DNA from: Auanema rhodensis
Lineage: Eukaryota > Animalia > Nematoda
Length of the DNA stretch: 64,000 nt
Direction: 5' to 3'
Assembly (NCBI GenBank): GCA_964057225.1
Contig: CAXKVF010000072.1
Coordinates: 124,001-188,000, forward strand
Each line of letters begins with the position of its first letter. Position 1 is the first letter of the stretch. The notes below the pieces were generated by a model, which was given only the letters and a program-made list of their open reading frames with translations, searched no databases and was not told where the DNA came from. Made by a program: the position numbers and the translations under genes. Below are positions 40,401-53,504 of this stretch, piece after piece.

Positions 40401-43400
40401 TGAACCAATATCAATAAAAATTTGTTTTTAGACTAATATGGACATGGGGAATCTAATTTTGAAAACCGCATCTCTTTATCTTTCACGTGAAGCGAGTTAC
40501 ATACCAAGTGCACATCACGTGTACATTTAATTAGCATAAATTAAAGTTCACGTAAATTTCAAAGTCATGGTTACCATGAAGCAATATCAATAAAAATTTG
40601 TTTTTAGACTAATATGGACATGGGGAATCTAATTTTGAAAACCGCATCTCTTTATCTTTCACGTGAAGCGAGTTACATACCAAGTGCACATCACGTGTAC
40701 ATTTAATTAGCATAAATTAAAGTTCACGTAAATTTTAAAGTCATGGTTACCATGAACCAATATCAATAAAAATTTGTTTTTAGACTAATATGGACATGGG
40801 GAATCTAATTTTGAAAACCGCATCTCTTTATCTTTCACGTGAAGCGAGTTACATACCAAGTGCACATCACGTGTACATTTAATTAGCATAAATTAAAGTT
40901 CACGTAAATTTCAAAGTCATGGTTACCATGAACCAATATCAATAAAAATTTGTTTTTAGACTAATATGGACATGGGGAATCTAATTTTGAAAACCGCATC
41001 TCTTTATCTTTCACGTGAAGCGAGTTACATACCAAGTGCACATCACGTGTACATTTAATTAGCATAAATTAAAGTTCACGTAAATTTCAAAGTCATGGTT
41101 ACCATGAACCAATATCAATAAAAATTTGTTTTTAGACTAATATGGACATGGGGAATCTAATTTTGAAAACCGCATCTCTTTATCTTTCACGTGAAGCGAG
41201 TTACATACCAAGTGCACATCACGTGTACATTTAATTAGCATAAATTAAAGTTCACGTAAATTTCAAAGTCATGGTTACCATGAACCAATATCAATAAAAA
41301 TTTGTTTTTAGACTAATATGGACATGGGGAATCTAATTTTGAAAACCGCATTTCTTTATCTTTCACGTGAAGCGAGTTACATACCAAGTGCACATCACGT
41401 GTACATTTAATTAGCATAAATTAAAGTTCACGTAAATTTCAAAGTCATGGTTACCATGAAGCAATATCAATAAAAATTTGTTTTTAGACTAATATGGACA
41501 TGGGGAATCTAATTTTGAAAACCGCATATCTTTATCTTTCACGTGAAGCGAGTTACATACCAAGTGCACATCACGTGTACATTTAATTAGCATAAATTAA
41601 AGTTCACGTAAAATTTAAAGTCATGGTTACCATGAAGCAATATCAATAAAAATTTGTTTTTAGACTAATATGGACATGGGGAATCTAATTTTGAAAACCG
41701 CATCTCTTTATCTTTCACGTGAAGCGAGTTACATACCAAGTGCACATCACGTGTACATTTAATTAGCATAAATTAAAGTTCACGTAAATTTCAAAGTCAT
41801 GGTTACCATGAACCAATATCAATAAAAATTTGTTTTTAGACTAATATGGACATGGGGAATCTAATTTTGAAAACCGCATCTCTTTATCTTTCACGTGAAG
41901 CGAGTTACATACCAAGTGCACATCACGTGTACATTTAATTAGCATAAATTAAAGTTCACGTAAATTTCAAAGTCATGGTTACTATGAAGCAATATCAATA
42001 AAAATTTGTTTTTAGACTAATATGGACATGGGGAATCTAATTTTGAAAGCCGCATCTCTTTATCTTTCACGTGAAGCGAGTTACATACCAAGTGCACATC
42101 ACGTGTACATTTAATTAGCATAAATTAAAGTTCACGTAAATTTCAAAGTCATGGTTACCATGCACCAATATCAATAAAAATTTGTTTTTAGACTAATATG
42201 GACATGGGGAATCTAATTTTGAAAACCGCATCTCTTTATCTTTCACGTGAAGCGAGTTACATACCAAGTGCACATCACGTGTACATTTAATTAGCATAAA
42301 TTTAAGTTCACGTAAATTTCAAAGTCATGGTTACCATGCACCAATATCAATAAAAATTTGTTTTTAGACTAATATGGACATGGGGGATCTAATTTCGAAA
42401 ACCGCATCTCTTTATCTTTCACGTGAAGCGAGTTACATACCAAGTGCACATCACGTGTACATTTAATTAGCATAAATTTAAGTTCACGTAAATTTCAAAG
42501 TCATGGTTACCATGCACCAATATCAATAAAAATTTGTTTTTAGACTAATATGGACATGGGGAATCTAATTTTGAAAACCGCATCTCTTTATCTTTCACGT
42601 GAAGCGAGTTACATACCAAGTGCACAGCACGTGTACATTTAATTAGCATAAATTAAAGTTCACGTAAATTTCAAAGTCATGGTTACCATGAACCAATATC
42701 AATAAAAATTTGTTTTTAGACTAATATGGACATGGGGAATCTAATTTTGAAAACCGTATCTCTTTATCTTTCACGTGAAGCGAGTTACATACCAAGTGCA
42801 CATCACGTGTACATTTAATTAGCATAAATTAAAGTTCACGTAAATTTCAAAGTCATGGTTACCATGAACCAATGTCAATAAAAATTTGTTTTTAGACTAA
42901 TATGGACATGGGGAATCTAATTTTGAAAACCGCATCTCTTTATCTTTCACGTGAAGCGAGTTACATACCAAGTGCACATCACGTGTACATTTAATTAGCA
43001 TAAATTAAAGTTCACGTAAATTTCAAAGTCATGGTTACCATGAAGCAATATCAATAAAAATTTGTTTTTAGACTAATATGGACATGGGGAATCTAATTTT
43101 GAAAACCGCATCTCTTTATCTTTCACGTGAAGCGAGTTACATACCAAGTGCACATCACGTGTACATTTAATTAGCATAAATTAAAGTTCACGTAAATTTC
43201 AAAGTCATGGTTACCATGAACCAATATCAATAAAAATTTGTTTTTAGACTAATATGGACATGGGGAATCTAATTTTGAAAACCGCATCTCTTTATCTTTC
43301 ACGTGAAGCGAGTTACATACCAAGTGCACATCACGTGTACATTTAATTAGCATAAATTAAAGTTCACGTAAATTTCAAAGTCATGGTTACCATGAAGCAA

Positions 43401-46400
43401 TATCAATAAATATTTGTTTTTCGACTAATATGGACATGGAGAATCTAATTTTGAAAACCGCATTTCTTTATCTTTCACGTGAAGCGAGTTACATACCAAG
43501 TGCACATCACGTGTACATTTAATTAGCATAAATTAAAGTTCACGTAAATTTCAAAGTCATGGTTACCATGCACCAATATCAATAAAAATTTGTTTTTAGA
43601 CTAATATGGACATGGGGAATCTAATTTTGAAAACCGCATCTCTTTATCTTTCACGTGAAGCGAGTTACATACCAAGTGCACATCACGTGTACATTTAATT
43701 AGCATAAATTAAAGTTCACGTAAATTTCAAAGTCATGGTTACCATGAAGCAATATCAATACAAATTTGTTTTTAGACTAATATGGACATGGGGAATCTAA
43801 TTTTGAAAACCGCATCTCTTTATCTTTCACGTGAAGCGAGTTACATACCAAGTGCACATCACGTGTACATTTAATTAGCATAAATTAAAGTTCACGTAAA
43901 TTTTAAAGTCATGGTTACCATGAACCAATATCAATAAAAATTTGTTTTTAGACTAATATGGACATGGGGAATCTAATTTTGAAAACCGCATATCTTTATC
44001 TTTCACGTGAAGCGAGTTACATACCAAGTGCACATCACGTGTACATTTAATTAGCATAAATTAAAGTTCACGTAAATTTCAAAGTCATGGTTACCATGAA
44101 CCAATGTCAATAAAAATTTGTTTTTAGACTAATATGGACATGGGGAATCTAATTTTGAAAACCGCATCTCTTTATCTTTCACGTGAAGCGAGTTACATAC
44201 CAAGTGCACATCACGTGTACATTTAATTAGCATAAATTAAAGTTCACGTAAATTTCAAAGTCATGGTTACCATGAAGCAATATCAATAAAAATTTGTTTT
44301 TAGACTAATATGGACATGGGGAATCTAATTTTGAAAACCGCATCTCTTTATCTTTCACGTGAAGCGAGTTACATACCAAGTGCACATCACGTGTACATTT
44401 AATTAGCATAAATTAAAGTTCACGTAAATTTCAAAGTCATGGTTACCATGAACCAATATCAATAAAAATTTGTTTTTAGACTAATATGGACATGGGGAAT
44501 CTAATTTTGAAAACCGCATCTCTTTATCTTTCACGTGAAGCGAGTTACATACCAAGTGCACATCACGTGTACATTTAATTAGCATAAATTAAAGTTCACG
44601 TAAATTTCAAAGTCATGGTTACCATGAAGCAATATCAATAAAAATTTGTTTTTCGACTAATATGGACATGGAGAATCTAATTTTGAAAACCGCATTTCTT
44701 TATCTTTCACGTGAAGCGAGTTACATACCAAGTGCACATCACGTGTACATTTAATTAGCATAAATTAAAGTTCACGTAAATTTCAAAGTCATGGTTACCA
44801 TGCACCAATATCAATAAAAATTTGTTTTTAGACTAATATGGACATGGGGAATCTAATTTTGAAAACCGCATCTCTTTATCTTTCACGTGAAGCGAGTTAC
44901 ATACCAAGTGCACATCACGTGTACATTTAATTAGCATAAATTAAAGTTCACGTAAATTTTAAAGTCATGGTTACCATGAACCAATATCAATAAAAATTTG
45001 TTTTTAGACTAATATGGACATGGGGAATCTAATTTTGAAAACCGCATCTCTTTATCTTTCACGTGAAGCGAGTTACATACCAAGTGCACATCACGTGTAC
45101 ATTTAATTAGCATAAATTAAAGTTCACGTAAATTTCAAAGTCATGGTTACCATGAACCAATATCAATAAAAATTTGTTTTTAGACTAATATGGACATGGG
45201 GAATCTAATTTTGAAAACCGCATCTCTTTATCTTTCACGTGAAGCGAGTTACATACCAAGTGCACATCACGTGTACATTTAATTATCATAAATTAAAGTT
45301 CACGTAAATTTCAAAGTCATGGTTACCATGAACCAATATCAATAAAAATTTGTTTTTAGACTAATATGGACATGGGGAATCTAATTTTGAAAACCGCATC
45401 TCTTTATCTTTCACGTGAAGCGAGTTACATACCAAGTGCACATCACGTGTACATTTAATTAGCATAAATTAAAGTTCACGTAAATTTCAAAGTCATGGTT
45501 ACCATGAACCAATATCAATAAAAATTTGTTTTTAGACTAATATGGACATGGGGAATCTAATTTTGAAAACCGCATCTCTTTATCTTTCACGTGAAGCGAG
45601 TTACATACCAAGTGCACATCACGTGTACATTTAATTAGCATAAATTAAAGTTCACGTAAATTTCAAAGTCATGGTTACCATGAAGCAATATCAATAAAAA
45701 TTTGTTTTTAGACTAATATGGACATGGGGAATCTAATTTTGAAAACCGCATCTCTTTATCTTTCACGTGAAGCGAGTTACATACCAAGTGCACATCACGT
45801 GTACATTTAATTAGCATAAATTAAAGTTCACGTAAATTTCAAAGTCATGGTTACCATGAACCAATATCAATAAAAATTTGTTTTTAGACTAATATGGACA
45901 TGGGGAATCTAATTTTGAAAACCGCATCTCTTTATCTTTCACGTGAAGCGAGTTACATACCAAGTGCACATCACGTGTACATTTAATTATCATAAATTAA
46001 AGTTCACGTAAATTTCAAAGTCATGGTTACCATGAACCAATATCAATAAAAATTTGTTTTTAGACTAATATGGACATGGGGAATCTAATTTTGAAAACCG
46101 CATCTCTTTATCTTTCACGTGAAGCGAGTTACATACCAAGTGCACATCACGTGTACATTTAATTAGCATAAATTAAAGTTCACGTAAATTTCAAAGTCAT
46201 GGTTACCATGAACCAATGTCAATAAAAATTTGTTTTTAGACTAATATGGACATGGGGAATCTAATTTTGAAAACCGCATCTCTTTATCTTTCACGTGAAG
46301 CGAGTTACATACCAAGTGCACATCACGTGTACATTTAATTAGCATAAATTAAAGTTCACGTAAATTTCAAAGTCATGGTTACCATGAACCAATATCAATA

Positions 46401-49400
46401 AAAATTTGTTTTTAGACTAATATGGACATGGGGAATCTAATTTTGAAAACCGCATCTCTTTATCTTTCACGTGAAGCGAGTTACATACCAAGTGCACATC
46501 ACGTGTACATTTAATTAGCATAAATTAAAGTTCACGTAAATTTCAAAGTCATGGTTACCATGAACCAATATCAATAAAAATTTGTTTTTAGACTAATATG
46601 GACATGGGGAATCTAATTTTGAAAACCGCATCTCTTTATCTTTCACGTGAAGCGAGTTACATACCAAGTGCACATCACGTGTACATTTAATTAGCATAAA
46701 TTAAAGTTCACGTAAATTTCAAAGTCATGGTTACCATGAAGCAATATCAATAAAAATTTGTTTTTAGACTAATATGGACATGGGGAATCTAATTTTGAAA
46801 ACCGCATCTCTTTATCTTTCACGTGAAGCGAGTTACATACCAAGTGCACATCACGTGTACATTTAATTAGCATAAATTAAAGTTCACGTAAATTTCAAAG
46901 TCATGGTTACCATGAACCAATATCAATAAAAATTTGTTTTTAGACTAATATGGACATGGGGAATCTAATTTTGAAAACCGCATCTCTTTATCTTTCACGT
47001 GAAGCGAGTTACATACCAAGTGCACATCACGTGTACATTTAATTAGCATAAATTAAAGTTCACGTAAATTTCAAAGTCATGGTTACCATGAAGCAATATC
47101 AATAAAAATTTGTTTTTAGACTAATATGGACATGGGGAATCTAATTTTGAAAACCGTATCTCTTTATCTTTCACGTGAAGCGAGTTACATACCAAGTGCA
47201 CATCACGTGTACATTTAATTAGCATAAATTAAAGTTCACGTAAATTTCAAAGTCATGGTTACCATGAAGCAATATCAATAAAAATTTGTTTTTAGACTAA
47301 TATGGACATGGGGAATCTAATTTTGAAAACCGCATCTCTTTATCTTTCACGTGAAGCGAGTTACATACCAAGTGCACATCACGTGTACATTTAATTAGCA
47401 TAAATTAAAGTTCACGTAAATTTCAAAGTCATGGTTACCATGAACCAATATCAATAAAAATTTGTTTTTAGACTAATATGGACATGGGGAATCTAATTTT
47501 GAAAACCGCATCTCTTTATCTTTCACGTGAAGCGAGTTACATACCAAGTGCACATCACGTGTACATTTAATTAGCATAAATTAAAGTTCACGTAAATTTC
47601 AAAGTCATGGTTACCATGAAGCAATATCAATAAAAATTTGTTTTTAGACTAATATGGACATGGGGAATCTAATTTTGAAAACCGCATCTCTTTATCTTTC
47701 ACGTGAAGCGAGTTACATACCAAGTGCACATCACGTGTACATTTAATTAGCATAAATTAAAGTTCACGTAAAATTCAAAGTCATGGTTACCATGCACCAA
47801 TATCAATAAAAATTTGTTTTTAGACTAATATGGACATGGGGAATCTAATTTTGAAAACCGCATCTCTTTATCTTTCACGTGAAGCGAGTTACATACCAAG
47901 TGCACATCACGTGTACATTTAATTAGCATAAATTAAAGTTCACGTAAATTTCAAAGTCATGGTTACCATGCACCAATATCAATAAAAATTTGTTTTTAGA
48001 CTAATATGGACATGGGGAATCTAATTTTGAAAACCGCATCTCTTTATCTTTCACGTGAAGCGAGTTACATACCAAGTGCACATCACGTGTACATTTAATT
48101 AGCATAAATTAAAGTTCACGTAAATTTCAAAGTCATGGTTACCATGCACCAATATCAATAAAAATTTGTTTTTAGACTAATATGGACATGGGGGATCTAA
48201 TTTTGAAAACCGCATCTCTTTATCTTTCACGTGAAGCGAGTTACATACCAAGTGCACATCACGTGTACATTTAATTAGCATAAATTAAAGTTCACGTAAA
48301 TTTCAAAGTCATGGTTACCATGAACCAATATCAATAAAAATTTGTTTTTAGACTAATATGGACATGGGTAATCTAATTTTGAAAACCGCATCTCTTTATC
48401 TTTCACGTGAAGCGAGTTACATACCAAGTGCACATCACGTGTACATTTAATTAGCATAAATTAAAGTTCACGTAAATTTCAAAGTCATGGTTACCATGCA
48501 CCAATATCAATAAAAATTTGTTTTTAGACTAATATGGACATGGGGAATCTAATTTTGAAAACCGCATCTCTTTATCTTTCACGTGAAGCGAGTTACATAC
48601 CAAGTGCACATCACGTGTACATTTAATTAGCATAAATTAAAGTTCACGTAAAATTCAAAGTCATGGTTACCATGCACCAATATCAATAAAAATTTGTTTT
48701 TAGACTAATATGGACATGGGGAATCTAATTTTGAAAACCGCATCTCTTTATCTTTCACGTGAAGCGAGTTACATACCAAGTGCACATCACGTGTACATTT
48801 AATTAGCATAAATTAAAGTTCACGTAAATTTCAAAGTCATGGTTACCATGCACCAATATCAATAAAAATTTGTTTTTAGACTAATATGGACATGGGTAAT
48901 CTAATTTTGAAAACCGCATCTCTTTATCTTTCACGTGAAGCGAGTTACATACCAAGTGCACATCACGTGTACATTTAATTAGCATAAATTAAAGTTCACG
49001 TAAATTTCAAAGTCATGGTTACCATGCACCAATATCAATAAAAATTTGTTTTTAGACTAATATGGACATGGGGAATCTAATTTTGAAAACCGCATCTCTT
49101 TATCTTTCACGTGAAGCGAGTTACATACCAAGTGCACATCACGTGTACATTTAATTAGCATAAATTAAAGTTCACGTAAAATTCAAAGTCATGGTTACCA
49201 TGCACCAATATCAATAAAAATTTGTTTTTAGACTAATATGGACATGGGGAATCTAATTTTGAAAACCGCATCTCTTTATCTTTCACGTGAAGCGAGTTAC
49301 ATACCAAGTGCACATCACGTGTACATTTAATTAGCATAAATTAAAGTTCACGTAAATTTCAAAGTCATGGTTACCATGCACCAATATCAATAAAAATTTG

Positions 49401-52400
49401 TTTTTAGACTAATATGGACATGGGGAATCTAATTTTGAAAACCGCATCTCTTTATCTTTCACGTGAAGCGAGTTACATACCAAGTGCACATCACGTGTAC
49501 ATTTAATTAGCATAAATTAAAGTTCACGTAAATTTCAAAGTCATGGTTACCATGCACCAATATCAATAAAAATTTGTTTTTAGACTAATATGGACATGGG
49601 GAATCTAATTTTGAAAACCGCATCTCTTTATCTTTCACGTGAAGCGAGTTACATACCAAGTGCACATCACGTGTACATTTAATTAGCATAAATTAAAGTT
49701 CACGTAAAATTCAAAGTCATGGTTACCATGCACCAATATCAATAAAAATTTGTTTTTAGACTAATATGGACATGGGGAATCTAATTTTGAAAACCGCATC
49801 TCTTTATCTTTCACGTGAAGCGAGTTACATACCAAGTGCACATCACGTGTACATTTAATTAGCATAAATTAAAGTTCACGTAAATTTCAAAGTCATGGTT
49901 ACCATGCACCAATATCAATAAAAATTTGTTTTTAGACTAATATGGACATGGGGAATCTAATTTTGAAAACCGCATCTCTTTATCTTTCACGTGAAGCGAG
50001 TTACATACCAAGTGCACATCACGTGTACATTTAATTAGCATAAATTAAAGTTCACGTAAATTTCAAAGTCATGGTTACCATGAACCAATATCAATAAAAA
50101 TTTGTTTTTAGACTAATATGGACATGGGGAATCTAATTTTGAAAACCGCATCTCTTTATCTTTCACGTGAAGCGAGTTACATACCAAGTGCACATCACGT
50201 GTACATTTAATTAGCATAAATTAAAGTTCACGTAAATTTCAAAGTCATGGTTACCATGCACCAATATCAATAAAAATTTGTTTTTAGACTAATATGGACA
50301 TGGGGAATCTAATTTTGAAAACCGCATCTCTTTATCTTTCATGTGAAGCGAGTTACATACCAAGTGCACATCACGTGTACATTTAATTAGCATAAATTAA
50401 AGTTCACGTAAAATTCAAAGTCATGGTTACCATGAACCAATATCAATAAAAATTTGTTTTTAGACTAATATGGACATGGGGAATCTAATTTTGAAAACCG
50501 CATCTCTTTATCTTTCACGTGAAGCGAGTTACATACCATATGCACATCACGTGTACATTTAATTAGCATAAATTAAAGTTCACGTAAATTTCAAAGTCAT
50601 GGTTACCATGAACCAATATCAATAAAAATTTGTTTTTAGACTAATATGGACATGGGGAATCTAATTTTGAAAACCGCATCTCTTCATCTTTCACGTGAAG
50701 CGAGTTACATACCAAGTGCACATCACGTGTACATTTAATTAGCATAAATTAAAGTTCACGTAAATTTCAAAGTCATGGTTACCATGAAGCAATATCAATA
50801 AAAATTTGTTTTTAGACTAATATGGACATGGGGAATCTAATTTTGAAAACCGCATCTCTTTATCTTTCACGTGAAGCGAGTTACATACCAAGTGCACATC
50901 ACGTGTACATTTAATTAGCATAAATTAAAGTTCACGTAAAATTCAAAGTCATGGTTACCATGAACCAATATCAATAAAAATTTGTTTTTAGACTAATATG
51001 GACATGGGGAATCTAATTTTGAAAACCGCATCTCTTTATCTTTCACGTGAAGCGAGTTACATACCATATGCACATCACGTGTACATTTAATTAGCATAAA
51101 TTAAAGTTCACGTAAATTTCAAAGTCATGGTTACCATGAACCAATATCAATAAAAATTTGTTTTTAGACTAATATGGACATGGGGAATCTAATTTTGAAA
51201 ACCGCATCTCTTCATCTTTCACGTGAAGCGAGTTACATACCAAGTGCACATCACGTGTACATTTAATTAGCATAAATTAAAGTTCACGTAAATTTCAAAG
51301 TCATGGTTACCATGCACCAATATCAATAAAAATTTGTTTTTAGACTAATATGGACATGGGGAATCTAATTTTGAAAACCGCATCTCTTTATCTTTCACGT
51401 GAAGCGAGTTACATACCAAGTGCACATCACGTGTACATTTAATTAGCATAAATTAAAGTTCACGTAAAATTCAAAGTCATGGTTACCATGAACCAATATC
51501 AATAAAAATTTGTTTTTAGACTAATATGGACATGGGGAATCTAATTTTGAAAACCGCATCTCTTTATCTTTCACGTGAAGCGAGTTACATACCAAGTGCA
51601 CATCACGTGTACATTTAATTAGCATAAATTAAAGTTCACGTAAATTTCAAAGTCATGGTTACCATGCACCAATATCAATAAAAATTTGTTTTTAGACTAA
51701 TATGGACATGGGGAATCTAATTTTGAAAACCGCATCTCTTTATCTTTCACGTGAAGCGAGTTACATACCAAGTGCACATCACGTGTACATTTAATTAGCA
51801 TAAATTAAAGTTCACGTAAATTTCAAAGTCATGGTTACCATGAACCAATATCAATAAAAATTTGTTTTTAGACTAATATGGACATGAGGAATCTAATTTT
51901 GAAAACCGCATCTCTTTATCTTTCACGTGAAGCGACTTACATACCAAGTGCACATCACGTGTACATTTAATTAGCATAAATTAAAGTTCACGTAAATTTC
52001 AAAGTCATGGTTACCATGAACCAATATCAATAAAAATTTGTTTTTAGACTAATATGGACATGAGGAATCTAATTTTGAAAACCGCATCTCTTTATCTTTC
52101 ACGTGAAGCGACTTACATACCAAGTGCACATCACGTGTACATTTAATTAGCATAAATTAAAGTTCACGTAAATTTCAAAGTCATGGTTACCATGAACCAA
52201 TATCAATAAAAATTTGTTTTTAGACTAATATGGACATGGGGAATCTAATTTTGAAAACCGCTTCTCTTTATCTTTCACGTGAAGCGAGTTACATACCAAG
52301 TGCACATCACGTGTACATTTAATTAGCATAAATTAAAGTTCACGTAAATTTCAAAGTCATGGTTACCATGAAGCAATATCAATAAAAATTTGTTTTTAGA

Positions 52401-53504
52401 CTAATATGGACATGAAGAATCTAATTTTGAAAACCGCATCTCTTTATCTTTCACGTGAAGCGAGTTACATACCAAGTGCACATCACGTGTACATTTAATT
52501 AGCATAAATTAAAGTTCACGTAAATTTCAAAGTCATGGTTACCATGAACCAATATCAATAAAAATTTGTTTTTAGACTAATATGGACATGGGGAATCTAA
52601 TTTTGAAAACCGCATCTCTTTATCTTTCACGTGAAGCGAGTTACATACCAAGTGCACATCACGTGTACATTTAATTAGCATAAATTAAAGTTCACGTAAA
52701 TTTCAAAGTCATGGTTACCATGAACCAATATCAATAAAAATTTGTTTTTAGACTAATATGGACATGGGTAATCTAATTTTGAAAACCGCATCTCTTTATC
52801 TTTCACGTGAAGCGAGTTACATACCAAGTGCACATCACGTGTACATTTAATTAGCATAAATTAAAGTTCACGTAAATTTCAAAGTCATGGTTACCATGCA
52901 CCAATATCAATAAAAATTTGTTTTTAGACTAATATGGACATGGGGAATCTAATTTTGAAAACCGCATCTCTTTATCTTTCACGTGAAGCGAGTTACATAC
53001 CAAGTGCACATCACGTGTACATTTAATTAGCATAAATTAAAGTTCACGTAAATTTCAAAGTTATGGTTACCATGCACCAATATCAATAAAAATTTGTTTT
53101 TAGACTAATATGGACATGGGGAATCTAATTTTGAAAACCGCATCTCTTTATCTTTCACGTGAAGCGAGTTACATACCAAGTGCACATCACGTGTACAATT
53201 AATTAGCATAAATTAAAGTTCACGTAAATTTCAAAGTCATGGTTACCATGAACCAATATCAATAAAAATTTGTTTTTAGACTAATATGGACATGGGGAAT
53301 CTAATTTTGAAAACCGCATTTCTTTATCTTTCACGTGAAGCGAGTCACATACCAAGTGCACATCACGTGTACATTTAATTAGCATAAATTAAAGTTCACG
53401 TAAATTTCAAAGTCATGGTTACCATGCACCAATATCAATAAAAATTTGTTTTTAGACTAATATGGACATGGGGAATCTAATTTTGAAAACCGCATCTCTT
53501 TATC

